In this document: positions 11,101 to 23,402 of the stretch, in pieces
Numbering within the stretch: the stretch's first letter is position 1
Layout of the letters: each line of letters opens with the position of its first letter
Assembly: GCA_001643675.2 (NCBI GenBank)
Contig: LSRY02000019.1
Span: forward strand, 1,364,001 to 1,428,000
Source: Monocercomonoides exilis PA203
Taxonomy: Eukaryota; Protista; Preaxostyla
Length of the DNA: 64,000 bases
Direction: 5' to 3'
Translations under genes and position numbers: made by a program
The notes under the pieces: model-generated
Told to the model about the DNA's origin: nothing
Database searches by the model: none
What the model saw: only the letters and a program-made list of their open reading frames with translations

Positions 11101-14100
11101 GTCGCTGCAGGCCTCAACACGAAAAGTGATGGCTTCAACAGGGGATGTGTCTGTCGAATTGATCCACTTTTTGCTTCCTTCTTCATTTGATACTGAGATT
11201 GAGGCCTTGATATTCTTGTCTTCTGAAGGCATGCTGACGATGAAATCTTGCTCATTCGGGATGCAACAAGGCGAGCTTGGCCAGATGGGTTACTGGTTGT
11301 TTCAGATTTGTGGAGGAATACTAAATATCGACAGCTGCACCTTGAGTTCAGACTGCCTTCAGCACGCGCCCATAGCCGTGTGCGAGAGCGACACAAGCAC
11401 TCAAGCAACAATCATTTCATTGAATGTGAAAAACACAGATATTGGTAATCATCCTCTTATCCATGTGATTCCATCATCAGCAGCAAAACTCCTGAATGGT
11501 GCCACAACGAGCAGTGGGATCATATCTCTTGTTTCATGTTCTTTCGAAGGGATGGTCCGTGCAAATGCAAACAGTGCAGTGCTGTTTTCATCCCATATTT
11601 CAAGCTGTGTTGAGTGCTCCCATTGGAATGTCACGAATGTCAAAAGCACTCAGAGCATCGAGGGAGGCGCGATGAAAGTGGTTGCTGATATTGATGGCCA
11701 ATTCAAGATGGAAAACATCACATTCACAAAATGCTGCGCGGAATGTGAAACAGCTGGAAAAGGAGGAGGCATCTATTTTGACTGTTCGGCTTCCAATGCA
11801 TTCTCCTTCCAGCAGATGACCTTTGATCAGTGCTCTGCAAAACACGGGGAAAACATGTTCTTTCTTTCATCAGACCTAAATGTTTCCATCACAAACCAGT
11901 CTTTAGCGCTTGAAGTGAGTGAGACAGCAGATGATACAAATCTGTTTATCGGAAGCGACTCCACAAAAACAAACTTCGATCTGGGCAGATTTCTGATTGG
12001 ATTTGCTTCTCAAGAAATCCATCTCAGCAAGAACAGCGGCTGGGATGTTCTTCGCTGCGGAAGCGAGAGAGAGCCATGCGCAACAATGCAGTACGGCCAG
12101 AAGCATTTCTGTGCTTCAGATAATCCAGCACAAGCAAACATGAGTATTTTCCTCGTTGTCGATGAAGTTCAAGTGGATTGCGAAGTCGACATTTCAAACA
12201 ATACTCTGACCTCTTCCGATATTGACTCTCACTCTGCTCTGTTATTTGCAGCAGCCATTTCGCAACAACCAGGAAAGCAGCAACATACAGACTCTGTGCT
12301 GACAAACATTGGCACATGCTCCCTCTTGAGCATCGATATCTGTTGTGACCATGGCTCGGGATGGAGCCAAACATATTTGATAAGCACTGCTGCTGGCGCT
12401 TTCTCTGCTCAAAGTTGCTTGTTTACCAGCACCTCTGGCACAGTGATTCCTTATTGTTTCGTTGCCTGCTTTTCTGGTACTTGCGAATTGTCGCTTTGCT
12501 CATTTCAGTCCATCAAATGCGAAGGTCGCATCTTCATTGCATCGTGCGGAAGCAATTCTATCTTATCAAATGTCTCAATGAGTAATGTTGAACTCATGGG
12601 CAAAAGCATTGTGGAAGTGTTACCGCAAGTGATGCCACCAGCAATGGCACAGGAAATCAACGAAGACATTTGCCCAACAGTGCAACTCAAATACTGCACC
12701 CTTCACTCGCTTCTTCAAAGCACTCCTTCTGAGCCCTCCATCATCAGCTCCTCTGGCAGCCAGCCTTTTAGCGTGTCTGTCCAAAACACTTCCATAAAGA
12801 ACTGTGGAAGCAGCCAAAGTGAGAGCGGAGGATGCATAACCATGAGGTTAGATGAAAAAGCATCTTTTCGCTGCACTTTATCCACAATCTCGGAGTGCTT
12901 CTGCTCAACAACTGGAAGGGGAGGCGCAATATTCCTGGATTGCTCATCAATTGCAAGCGATAGCGCGCTGCCTTTCCTCTTCAAAAATATCACATTCTTG
13001 GAGAACAAGGCGTTCAGAGGAAGAGACATATATGTGAGATGCTCCAATGTGGAATCCCAAATAAGGAACGAGCTATTCCAGCTCGACTTCAGGCCACCAT
13101 TCAACCAGGAGCTCGCCATTTGGGGATGCACTGCACAAAACTATGCTGACGAGCAAGATCTCTTGCTCCTCGTAATTGTGTATCAGAGTGAGACAATATT
13201 TACCTCTTCTTCAGCAGACAACACCTCAGATTCACGCCAGTGCGGAGCTATCAATGCGCCCTGCTCTTCCTTGAATATTGCATTGTCTCACATCATTCCT
13301 TCTGTTTACAGCAACTTGCTTGTCGACAAGGTTTCTCTGGTTTGTGGTGAAGCAAGCATCCATGATGTCTCGATCAAGTCGCTGGAGCAGGAAAGCAACA
13401 GAGGGACAATCCTCCTGAACAGGAGCATTGAGAGCAGGATGAACAGCCTTCTCACGTGTGCATCCAGAGTGAAAATCGAGTTTCTGAAGTTCATGTTCGG
13501 AAGCGCGTTTTCTTCTCCACACTCCAGCTTATTATCCCTGACTGATGGCAGCTTGTCAATTACAGATGCACTCTTCTCCCAAGATGATTCGAATGATTAT
13601 CCTGAAATGAGGTTGAATTGCTCTATCATTCTCGTGGAGAATGGCAGGCTGCTGATCAACGAATGCACTTTTGCTTCCCTCCATCTTGGTTCTCCATGCG
13701 TAGCAGCAAAAGGGGGACAATATTGCTCATTTATGAACTTGAACATTTCTGATGTGAATTCTGATCTCTTGTTTGATTTTCGCAATCTTGTGAACCTCTC
13801 CATGCTGCAGGTGCTTATTTCCAGTTGTGAACTTGAACAATCCGCTCTGATCCTTCACAACTGCAAAGACTCCCAGCTCCAAAAAATTCAAGTCAGAAAT
13901 GTTGAGAGCAAAGCAAGCTTGATTGTATTTTCCTCAGATGGCTCTGGTGCTTGCTCGAACATCCAGTGCTATCATTCCGAATTTGATGCCATATCTGTGC
14001 TGTCTGGCTCCTTGCTTTCCATCGAATGCCAAGATGCAAATGTCGAGATGAACAATCTTTCATCAACAAAAATAGTGCTGACAAATGGTTGTGCTGTGAA

Positions 14101-16438
14101 CCTTGTATATGCAAATTCCTCATTAAGTATCAGGCAATCATCGTTTCAAAACATATCCAGAGATTCAATGGGCCCATGCTGCATGGCTGCTTCACTTTCA
14201 TCACCATCGTTCGAATTGGAGAACTGCTCATTCAGAAAATGCGTCTCTCCCTCAGATAAAGGGAGCATCTCTGCTTTATCTGGCCAATCCAATGCAAGCA
14301 TAACTTCGTGTGCATTTGATGGAGAAACTGACCCGCAACAACTCAGATCCAACGCAGATTCATTCAAAGATTTGTGCAAGTGGAATGGCTCCATGATCGA
14401 TCTTCTCAATTGCTCGGGAGCAATAAAAGACACCACAATCGCCAATTCGTCCAAGGGAGGACTGTCGATCTCTGGCGGAAACATTTCCATTCAGTTTGGA
14501 CTCTTTTCCGGCAACAATCCAAACGCTGCTGGATACCCATCCATCAGAAACAACGTTATCTGCTCACACAACGCACTCCTGAACATCATCAGCCTCAAGG
14601 GAGGAGATGGCTTTCTCCCCAACACCTCAATGTGGATTGCAGGAGACGATTGCACGCTTGCAGGCTTGGCCTCAGAAAGGCTTTCCCCATTCTTCATCCC
14701 ACAGCTGCACTCAGTTAACTCACATATCCAAGGCGATGCACTTTCTCTGGATCTCATCGGCTCTTTACTCCTCCCCTGCCACCTGCTCCTCCAGATTGAT
14801 TCCATCGACGGCTCCCTCCATCAACTCAAGACATATCCGCTGCAAGCAGAACTCTTTGAAAATGAAACAGAAATCCATGCAGTTATCCCAGCCTCAATCG
14901 TGACTTCGGTACCTGACACCACAGAAGTGTCAGTGCGCATTCTGTTTGGAAGCCTAAATGCTACAGCATCTACAGCACAATTTCTTTTGAAGAACAGGAG
15001 CGAGATTGTGCAAAAAGAAGATGAAAGAATCGTTGAAGGAGGAAAAGAAGGGAAAACATTTTGGCTATTGATTGTTTGCGTTGTGGTTGTTGTAATACTG
15101 CTTGTGGTCATAATTGTTCTGGTTGTTCGGTGGAAGAAAGTGAAGGAAAGAAAAGAGGAATTGGAAGAGATTGTGAATGACAACATCAGAAAGGATCCAA
15201 AAGCATTTGAGATGGTGACGATGGAGATGTCTCCAGAGGAGCAGTGGAGGAGAGCAGAAAGGGAGGCAGAGAAGAAGAATGAAGAGAGGATTAAAAAAAG
15301 GGTGTATGCGAAAAGCTTGGGACATTCCGAATCATCAGAGCATCTTCTGTCAGAGAGTGGATCAACCGAATACATTCTGGGGAGAGATTCAGACAAGATT
15401 CCTGAATGGATGTTGGAGAAGGTTGATGATGAGGAAGAGACAAGAAAGAGAACACCATCTCCATCCATCTCATCCACTTCAACAACAGACACTTCAGACA
15501 CTGAATCCACTTTTGTTCGAAGGGAAGATCTGTGTCCAACCACTTCGTCAATGTCGAATCTGGTGGATGCAATGGCCTGCTCCTCACCTCATGAAAAGTT
15601 GATTGTGGATCTGAGGGATTCGCTGTTCATGCTGCTGCATGGAAGAAATGAGAAGAAAGAGATGGCGATTGGGAGTCTTCAGCAAAGAGAGCAGACAGCT
15701 GCCCAGATCCTGTTCTGGGCGGCTAATCTTGCGCTTTACTCCTTTGAAGACGAGGAAGATGAACTCTCTTCGCTGGCCAATCTCAGCCCTCACATTGTCC
15801 TGTTCTCTGAGCACATGGTCATCTGCATTGCACTTCATTCGGATTGCTCTTCTTCAGACTCAGACACTTCATCCATCTCTTCATCAACCGTTGTCACATC
15901 AACATCTGATTGCTCCACTGTGAACAGAAATGGGAAAGACTCGCCACCGCCATCATCAGCATTTGAGGATGAGGATGACAATAGAAAAGAGTGTATGAGG
16001 TGGAAGGCACCTGAGATGCTGATCAACAAAAAGATGGGAGCAACAAAGGAATCAGTTGTGTTCTCGATCGGGATAATGCTGTGGGAGTGTCTGACGCTGG
16101 AGATCCCGTTTGGGGAGTATGAGGCAGAGGTGGCGGGGCAGAAGATTGTGAATGGGGAGAGGCCAAATATCGACAGGATCTGCAGTTCGTCTTTTGCCAG
16201 CGTGGCAAAGGAATGCTGGTCGCGTGCACCTGGAGACAGACCATCGCTCGAAAGCCTCAAGAGGATCTTCATTCAGCACTTCCCTGCAGGCGCTGTCATG
16301 CTCACAATGTCTGATGCTGTCGACTTCGAGGCTGACACCGATTATGGATACAGTGGCAGCTTCATTCCCCAATCTGCCACTGCTTCATCAGATGCAACAG
16401 CAACAACAACACACAGAAACACACAACACAATTGCTAA
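8156..16438 (+). CDS. Giant intronless type I membrane protein (2760 aa): signal peptide, Cys-rich beta-helix/PMP-like ectodomain, TM helix, degenerate tyrosine-kinase-like C-lobe
   Basis: Hydrophobic N-terminus; repeated F..C.A..GGAI / GGG(I/L)F motifs and CG....PC modules; TM FWLLIVCVVVVVILLVVIIVLVV followed by RWKK; kinase C-lobe RWKAPEML...VFSIGIMLWECLTLEIPF...GERP...CW...PGDRPS. Confidence 0.85.
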   Translation: MKKTLQQTLFIFIVLLNCLFSADDCKQTIKNIYSQIITKDNTFKNQQDTAISPSFKNEEIFSSNKIQFSSSETNDIQKFFETENTLTIGYFSQFRINDCLKSNTYESMMLSCVRGEMILLNSSLFVREIILVQTSTPSLLIKRDASKLSMNNCFLELFPTLAVSPFECSNGIVNLINISIINTLQSGALPSLVSTSSSSISSTGLVLISFSSFSSFSTSFENPFIADINLSFSSASHCCFHNISTQNNNMHSKHLRSNQESKIENCFITVCICPFYGVIISGSLGYGDFSSTNTSFIRSRNTYSHKNYSNTTQSFTEGDIAFEDCSFSECSALHGGAIAVSENAKLTVEKCIFSECIDTFNGQYGYGGAVFINGSNCEISNSSFSKCAGTGLSSIGGAFAHISSNISLIVCCSFDNCSSKLGGSVAWYMGGSGSILDSVFKCSYASVYAGTVFLQLQKYDFVISNCYLNKGDTQCGAGGFDTSENNNNKSLEIQFCLFENNTVQKLSHGADIFIGKGYSLNNHTVQILYCLSYSTAPRKVVQCAQYALDCGDDKGVAYDSYLPSPQSEIHISNSGNDVNTCGGVGSECKSIEYGVTRWREQLNQNVYMGEEVFVEDIIEIDWMNIVLNGITNSKSAIKCHEASLTDHLISIGNGSLNAKRISFVCVFNRSAITIGSSGSLQLELCSFTKSAQSNQPSIQPLINAENGYMTIEFVNVSQFVFSQGCAFATSDCKSIIISNTSFSDIECAQNGGCLSASWSKISEGTFSTSINNCIFKRCRVVADGNGGGALFLSLQNTCSATISSCSFEECEAPFNSQVGFGGGIFLDLVHSNATFAITTPSFSVEKPNKAKHGNDLFVKSPNLRESITNETLPLAYALGHSSFGSLQGFTGNDHEHSIPLVLFLEDVGQTIHVRSNDGVDTVVCGFSDYPCHSLNYCVERLDEENAKTVAVLASATIENETTLHNLDLKSSNTSKAEITCIKSLQASTRKVMASTGDVSVELIHFLLPSSFDTEIEALIFLSSEGMLTMKSCSFGMQQGELGQMGYWLFQICGGILNIDSCTLSSDCLQHAPIAVCESDTSTQATIISLNVKNTDIGNHPLIHVIPSSAAKLLNGATTSSGIISLVSCSFEGMVRANANSAVLFSSHISSCVECSHWNVTNVKSTQSIEGGAMKVVADIDGQFKMENITFTKCCAECETAGKGGGIYFDCSASNAFSFQQMTFDQCSAKHGENMFFLSSDLNVSITNQSLALEVSETADDTNLFIGSDSTKTNFDLGRFLIGFASQEIHLSKNSGWDVLRCGSEREPCATMQYGQKHFCASDNPAQANMSIFLVVDEVQVDCEVDISNNTLTSSDIDSHSALLFAAAISQQPGKQQHTDSVLTNIGTCSLLSIDICCDHGSGWSQTYLISTAAGAFSAQSCLFTSTSGTVIPYCFVACFSGTCELSLCSFQSIKCEGRIFIASCGSNSILSNVSMSNVELMGKSIVEVLPQVMPPAMAQEINEDICPTVQLKYCTLHSLLQSTPSEPSIISSSGSQPFSVSVQNTSIKNCGSSQSESGGCITMRLDEKASFRCTLSTISECFCSTTGRGGAIFLDCSSIASDSALPFLFKNITFLENKAFRGRDIYVRCSNVESQIRNELFQLDFRPPFNQELAIWGCTAQNYADEQDLLLLVIVYQSETIFTSSSADNTSDSRQCGAINAPCSSLNIALSHIIPSVYSNLLVDKVSLVCGEASIHDVSIKSLEQESNRGTILLNRSIESRMNSLLTCASRVKIEFLKFMFGSAFSSPHSSLLSLTDGSLSITDALFSQDDSNDYPEMRLNCSIILVENGRLLINECTFASLHLGSPCVAAKGGQYCSFMNLNISDVNSDLLFDFRNLVNLSMLQVLISSCELEQSALILHNCKDSQLQKIQVRNVESKASLIVFSSDGSGACSNIQCYHSEFDAISVLSGSLLSIECQDANVEMNNLSSTKIVLTNGCAVNLVYANSSLSIRQSSFQNISRDSMGPCCMAASLSSPSFELENCSFRKCVSPSDKGSISALSGQSNASITSCAFDGETDPQQLRSNADSFKDLCKWNGSMIDLLNCSGAIKDTTIANSSKGGLSISGGNISIQFGLFSGNNPNAAGYPSIRNNVICSHNALLNIISLKGGDGFLPNTSMWIAGDDCTLAGLASERLSPFFIPQLHSVNSHIQGDALSLDLIGSLLLPCHLLLQIDSIDGSLHQLKTYPLQAELFENETEIHAVIPASIVTSVPDTTEVSVRILFGSLNATASTAQFLLKNRSEIVQKEDERIVEGGKEGKTFWLLIVCVVVVVILLVVIIVLVVRWKKVKERKEELEEIVNDNIRKDPKAFEMVTMEMSPEEQWRRAEREAEKKNEERIKKRVYAKSLGHSESSEHLLSESGSTEYILGRDSDKIPEWMLEKVDDEEETRKRTPSPSISSTSTTDTSDTESTFVRREDLCPTTSSMSNLVDAMACSSPHEKLIVDLRDSLFMLLHGRNEKKEMAIGSLQQREQTAAQILFWAANLALYSFEDEEDELSSLANLSPHIVLFSEHMVICIALHSDCSSSDSDTSSISSSTVVTSTSDCSTVNRNGKDSPPPSSAFEDEDDNRKECMRWKAPEMLINKKMGATKESVVFSIGIMLWECLTLEIPFGEYEAEVAGQKIVNGERPNIDRICSSSFASVAKECWSRAPGDRPSLESLKRIFIQHFPAGAVMLTMSDAVDFEADTDYGYSGSFIPQSATASSDATATTTHRNTQHNC
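14983..16155 (+). repeat. Copy A of a ~1.15 kb near-identical cassette (TM + cytoplasmic tail) shared with 32626-33798
   Basis: 15061-15575 reads identical by eye to 32704-33218 (offset 17643); the remainder differs only at scattered positions. Alternative-frame ORFs are duplicated too (15065 vs 32708; 15279 vs 32922). Confidence 0.95.
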
Positions 16439-19223
16439 GCAAGCATGCTCCTAATGATTCATCGATTCAGTAACACTCATGAGCCTTGCTAACAGGAAAA
16501 TGCTTATTTTCTGTTGTTCGCTCATAGGATTCAAAATGATACAATTCCCAAGAATGTTTCAAATCAAGTCTTTGAAGAGACTGAAATTACAAATTCGCCA
16601 AAACACAGCCAGATATATAGTAGTATCAGATCATTCATCTTTCAGTGCGTTCCATTGGGTATTTGAATTATCAACAGCAATCTGCAAGTGCAAATCAACA
16701 GCTTTTGTTTTGAAAAATGAAGTTGATAGTTAAAAATGAAGCGCTGTCAGAACACTTCCAATCAAAAAAGAAGGAAAGTCATGCATATGAATGAAACGAT
16801 CACAATTATTGTGAAAGAAAAGTCAATTCTGAAACAGGTGAAAAAAACCGTTGAAAATTCTGTTGTTGCAGCCGAGATGCTGCACGCCAGTTGTTGGAAT
16901 ATCCTCGATTCATTTGTTGTGTTTTGTTGAAAGTTTCATCGCTATTATAATAATTATTATTATTTTCGAATTATTTTTCTTTTGAGTATTTTTTGATGTT
17001 GGGCATCGAGTTGCTTGCTGCTCCATCTCATCAACTTGCTGGACTCTTTGCTCAATTTCCAATTCAGATCAATTTATAAAAAAAACTTTCTGCAATATGC
17101 CTATCATATTTGCCTTTATCTCTTGACTCAACAATCCATGAAACTGCGTAGCTTCTTCTTCAAATGGCTGCAATCCACAATTTCATTGACCTCTCAAAAC
17201 TTCCCTTCAATTTTTCTTTTCCCATAATATGTCTTTCTTTTGTTTTGGCTTTTTCTTCCAATAAGCAGCTGAAAGCACCTCTCCTTCTCGATCTCACTCG
17301 TGCCATCGCAAAATCTCTGGCCAATTGCTTTCGAACTGTTAGAAATTGAAGTGAAGGCTGGTGTCTGATGGGGCACATCCGTTGCAAGATGTTTTCCTTT
17401 TTATTCATTTTTGAATTAAAAGAAGAGGCGAGGCAGCATCGAAATGATTAAAAAAGAATTTCTATTCTTGGTATGATAAATTTCATTTGCTTTTTTTTTC
17501 TGAGTAACACTTTCAAATCAAAAATCCAAACTCAAACAAGAAGATACTCCAGCCTGATTTCGGCACTAATATCACCGCTGGTCTTTCATTTTATTTTTCT
17601 CTCTTTCGGAACTCCTCCCATTGGATGTTTTTTCCCCCTGCTTTCTTCAAGTATTTTTTTTTTCCTCTTCAAGATCGAAGGAGCTGAAATGCTTCTGTAT
17701 CTTGCACTGGTTTCACAAATAATCCAGGATTGCACGCCCTTGAACTGCTTATCATATTTCCCGCAAAACGCAGCATATTCTCTCGCGTCATGAATCAGCT
17801 TTGAACTACAGCCATCCTTCAAATCATCTTATCCGTTCCAATAAAAAATTATAATCGTGAAGTTCGCTCGCACCTTCTGTGATTTCTAGCTCATTCAAAA
17901 GTTGTATTTCTCTGAAAAATGCAATTTCTGCTGCCATTTTGATCTGAGTTTGGCATTCTAATGGTGATCCATTGACTCTGATGTGGCAGATCAAAGCAAA
18001 AGAACGACTGCTTCCACACATATTATTTGGTTGTTTTTTTGTGTAAATTGAAAGATGTTGTTGCTTCTGTAACCAATTTGGTAACTTCGTTAAGTCTTGG
18101 CAAAGCCTTCTTCTTACATAAGTTTATATCTGTTAAAAAATAATTTATTCATTCATTCTGCCTTCTACTCCGGTTCGATTACCAAATAGAAAAAATCGTA
18201 CATGCAATATGTAAAGGATTCCAGAATAAGAATATATTTGACCGCCTTATGAGCACGATAACTCCAGGTTAAAGAACCAAAACAGAAAATAATAAATAGT
18301 GGGTGACGAAGGAAAATTGAAATGAAGATTAGGAGAAACCCACAGCACAATGAATATATTATTCTACACAGTGATCCATGGGTTTTCAAACCGAGAATGT
18401 ATTGGATGGATCACAATATTCATATTTATTAGCTTCTATAAATTCTGCTGCCAAAATCCGCTTTCTATTTGAAATCCATTTAAATCGAACAACAAAATGA
18501 ACGTATAGGATATGTTGTGCTCTAAATGCGAAGACTTGCCTTCAAAAGGAAAAAGCATTGCTAAGTTTGGATCTTCAACCATATTTCATCGCATTCAAAA
18601 AAACAATATTTGAAACATCCTGAGACCAAATGGTTATATGAGATTATTCCATGACAAAGATAATCTTCAAAAAACTGATTCTCAGAAAGCACTTTCAAAT
18701 AAATTCTTCGTGATTTATTGATAACAATTTGGTAATGTTAAAATCTGCATAGCTTTTGCTCAAATTTATGTGTACCATGCTTTAACATCAATATGTTATA
18801 AATTCAGATATTTTTTTATTTATTAAGAAAAATTTGCAATCAACAAAATCAATGACTTTCTGAAGTAATTCTCAAAAAACATTGAAAACAAAATCAGTGA
18901 TTAAAAATCCTTAATAAACTCAGATCTCTGATCTGGCAAATGTTTAAACTTATAAATAGATTGAAAAGAAAGAATATGAAGATTTCATTTCTTAAAATGC
19001 ATACAGAAATCAATAAAACTTTTTACAAAAATTTCTCAATCTATTAGCCAATGCATCAATCTCAAATAAAAAAACTGTGATGATATCATTACATATTTGT
19101 TAAAAGCAAATATCTAAGTTACAAATTTCAAAATGTCAAATCGCAAAAATTTCAAAGCAATACATACAACCACCAGGGGAAATGTTTGCTTATTTAATGA
19201 ATAAAAACTACAAACGATGTCAA

Positions 19224-22113
19224 TTAAAGTCCCATAAGTAATCCAGTTCCGTAAAACACTGTGTTGATTATGATATATGAAACTATTGTAACAGTTCCTC
19301 CGTACTTAAAGAAGTCTCCAGTAGTCAAATATGGCTGATGATCGTCATCTTCCACTCCATAACAGCACATATTCGGAAATGACGCAACAGCAAGAAGCAT
19401 TGGAGGAGACACATGCAGCGCACAAGCAAAAAGCTATACGAATTTCAAAAAAAAGAATGAAAAAAGTTTAATAGAAGTAAAACAAAGATAAAATTCGAAT
19501 AATAAAAATATAATTTCATACAATCAACTCCACATGTGCAGCAGAATTTGCTAGAACTGAATTGACAATAGGAATTAGAACAATCGCTGCGACAGTGTGC
19601 GAAACAAAAATAGAGACAAAAGCCACAATCGCAGTGAGAATAAGAAGTTGCACAAAAGCATGCAGCTGACTGAACGTTGGACCGAACAGCTCAGAAATAA
19701 GTTGCAGAAGCTTCGAGTCTTTGATGGCTTCTCCCAAGGCACCTCCGCCCATCACCAGGAGGATCATATTCCATGGGAGTTCGGTAATGTCTGTCCGAGG
19801 GACCAAGTTAAACCCGAAGAAAATACAAAACGGAATCAACCCCACAATTGCCTCATTTCCCAAGAACGGTGCATACGGAATGATAAACCAGAACACTGTG
19901 GTGATGAGTGAAACGACAGCCACAAATATCATTTTCCATGTCCACGGGTTGGGTGTGGTTGGTGGTGAGAAGGGAACCTCCTTCACATCGATCTTGTAGA
20001 AGCACCACAAAAAGAAGAAGCATACGAGCGTAGACACAACTGTAACAGGAAGTGCACCTACTGTCCTAAAAATGCAAAAAAGTATTCAGAATTCATCATT
20101 TTTAAAATCGTCGGAGATAATATTCATTAAAAAAAATATTTAAAGAAAATACAAAAATAGTCAAAAACTCCAAACCATGTTCCAAATGATGTTTTCGCAT
20201 GATAGTTCATAGCAGCTTGAATGGCTTCAAGACCAACCATACTTTGAGGCGAAGCCAGTGGAGTGGCCATACCAGCCAAGTTGCCTGTCATTGCAATCGT
20301 CATAAGCAGCATCTTTGAGAAGCCGCCTCGCACAGGAACTTCCCGCAACACAGGAAGCACAAGCGAAATCACAAGGACAGTAGAAGAGATGTTGGAGATG
20401 ACCATCGTCAGCAAGTATTGAAGTGCTGTTGCAATTAGCAAGAACACCACAGGCTTCCTGGCAACACGGAATTGAAGCAGGCCGTATGCGATTTTCTTGT
20501 CTAATCCCGTGTGCCGCATAGCGAGTGCGATAGAATATCCTCCAATAGCCAAATACGGTGTGTCTGAAATTGTCGATGTAACCAGCTGCTTTGCACCATC
20601 ATGAAAGGTCTTTCCTACAATGTTCAAAAATGTTGCTAGAATTGGAATAAACAATGCAACAACATGTGCTGGAAGCGCATCAAATGCCCACAATATTGAA
20701 GCCCACACGAGAAGCCCCAGGCAGCGCATCTGCCTCGCAATAGAAGATGGCCACGGTACCACACCCATTGCAATGAGCACAATGAAAGAGATGATCACCC
20801 AGTGCATCTTGACCTTGAAGTAGTATGACACCTCACCTTTTGATGTTGAAGACGACGATGACGAATCTGTCGCAACTCCAGACGGAGTGATGCCTGATCG
20901 ACCGCTCTCTTCAGTTTGTTGCGTGGCGTTCCCATGCTCGTCTATCCCAGCTGTCACGGCCCCCAGGTTCACTTGCGCCTTCTGCTGATGGGTAATATAC
21001 TCACCCAAAATTGTGTTCTTCTTCCAAGCAATTTGAGCTTCTGTTGAACTTTTGATATCGTTCATCAGTTCAAGTTGTCTCCGCAGTTGAATCTCTTCTG
21101 CACCTTCTACTGCAACGCTAGCTGAACCCTGTGCCTCCAATGCAAGAAACTTACCCAAAGAAAAAGTGGCCACATATAAATTTTGCACCTGCTCCACAAG
21201 CATCGAAGCAGATGGGAGACTATCGAACATCTCCTTTGTCTCTTGCTCCATGACAGCTTTTTCTTCTCCTACAAGTGTTTGTGGATCCCCTGTTTCTTCA
21301 TCATTCACTGAAACCATCTTCGCCAATTTCTTCAGGATTTTTCGAAAACCTTCTTTATTCACCTTTATAAAATTGTCCATTTCGGAACAATCGACGGAAA
21401 GATCAAGAAATTCTCTTTTGAGCTCAAACATTGCACCTTTTGTTGCAGGACAACTTTCGGATTGCTTTTGCAACTCTGTTATTCTCCCTAACATTGCAGA
21501 AATTCCATCACGAGCGAAAGAGTGCACTTTTTCCAATTCAGTATCATAGCATTTTTTCCACATTTCAACTCCTTTTACAATTTGTTGGCGATCTTCTTCA
21601 GTCAAATTTGAAGCCATTATTCCTTCGTTTAGTTCCCTGTTTCTTTTAACATCACTTGTAGAAAAAGAAGAGCGTTCAATTGGAGGTGAAATAGATGATG
21701 AAGATTCTTCCTCAAGAGCAGGAGATGGCGCACGTAAAATTGATGCTGTCTCCGTTGAATCGGAAAAGCCAGCCTTTTTAGGGAAACCTTTTTTCGATTC
21801 AACCATTTCAATTTCTTTTTTCTTCATGTGCGGAGATGTTGGAGCTTGATCGGAAGAGGGTGGAGTAAAAAACATAGAATTATTTCCAACAAGTGAGGGT
21901 CTTGGTTTCTGTCCATCTGGCTTGACTTTAACTGTAACAAAACGGGAATTAAGATATGATCTAAACATGAGTTTCATTTGCTTTTTAAGATCTCGATACT
22001 AAAAGATAAATAAAAATAATTGAAGAAAAATCATTACAACTTAACAATACATTTATATAATGCTTCCTCCACCGATCCACGGCAATAAATTGAAGTTGTC
22101 TGCTAAACTTCAT
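19224..22113 (-). CDS. SPX-domain low-affinity phosphate transporter (Pho87/Pho90/Pho91-like, SLC13/DASS), about 3 introns
   Basis: Exon 1 MKFSRQLQFIAVDRWRKHYIN spliced to YRDLKKQ (SPX start); ELEKVHSF and NFIKVNKEGFRKILKK (SPX); multi-TM region ISNISSTVL, GNLAGMATPLASPQS, LPWNMILLVMGGGALG, FVSHTVAAIVLIPI, VASFPN, YLTTGDFFKYG. Confidence 0.92.
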
Positions 22114-23402
22114 TTTTTGATACTTTCAGTGAACAATGTAACAATCCACAAACAGAAATAGTTGAAAATTCAAACTATGGTATACGATCGAGTTAATAAT
22201 TTGGATTGATTTGCTTTTTTTTAAATGAATTAAAACTTTTTAATTCAATAACCGTTTATGATAAATAAACTAATTTCGAGATTTGTTATGAAATGAACTT
22301 CTTTTTCTGAATTATTTGAAACATTTGTTGATGAAAAAAAAATACTTTTCTTGATAAAATATATTTGCTGATTTTATGTATTTAATTTTCTCTTTTTCAA
22401 GTTGTTCATAACTTATAAATTTTTTCTCAGAAAATTAATTTTTTTCTAAGATGATGCTGAGCAGAGAAAAACGTTAAATCAATGATTGGATAATATTTTG
22501 AATAAACATGCATTAAAAGCGTTCTCATTGTGCATAACATGTACATGTGGAAATGTGAAAAATATTTAATATTTTTTATATGCTTTCTTTCGTATCTTAT
22601 GTTGCCACAACGCTGTTTTTCACCTCTTTTAAATAAAATTCTGTTTCTGACGATTTTTTAATCCTTTTTCGATGTAATTATTAAACTTTCAATTAACTTT
22701 TTTTTCTCTTTCCACACATGATAACAGCTGGATCGTTGATGACTGCACACACAAAACTGAACAGAGGCTTCGAATCTCCTTCCGAATCGTTATCTCCTTC
22801 TCCAAGTGCATTAATGTCACCTTCAATAGCAACAATGGAAGACTGTGGGGAAAAAGGTGATAGAAATGAACGCTTTAATAATTTTTCGGAGAAAGAAAAG
22901 ATGAAAACAAGAAGTGAAGCAATCGAAAAAGAAGACAAAGCGTAGGAAGAGAAAATAAAGTTACAAAAAGATTATTTGAATATAATGCAAATGGAAGGGT
23001 GAAGAAAACGTTGAAACACGACGATTGAAGAAAGATAAAGCATTGCAAAATTTTTGTGATGAAATGATTTAAAGCATTGTTCTTAATGTTATTTGTTGTA
23101 ATTCCTCCCACATTAAAATTTTCTTTCCAAAGAAGAACAAACCTTTTTGAAAAGACAAATTATAAATTGAATGAAAGAAAACGAAATTTTTTATTTTTAT
23201 TTCAACTTATATTCTTTCTTTAGTAACTTTAAGCTTCCAAATAAAAGATTATTAGTGATAAAATATTCAAAAAATTTTATAAAATAAATTAAACAAAATT
23301 TAAATAAAATAACTTCAATGCAACCAAAAAACCAATTCATCATATGGGAAAATCTATTTGTTTCACAAAGCAAAATTTTTTTCAATATAAAATGCATACT
23401 GT

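Noticed and set aside
17000-18800. Fragmentary minus-strand coding-like sequence with faint kinase-like words (EYCD, SNIFL)
   Set aside because: Many stops and no coherent motif set. It may be a pseudogene but cannot be assigned.
22693-23111. Short ORFs between the SPX transporter and the 743 aa ORF
   Set aside because: Under 85 aa with no motifs; probably a gene fragment or noise.
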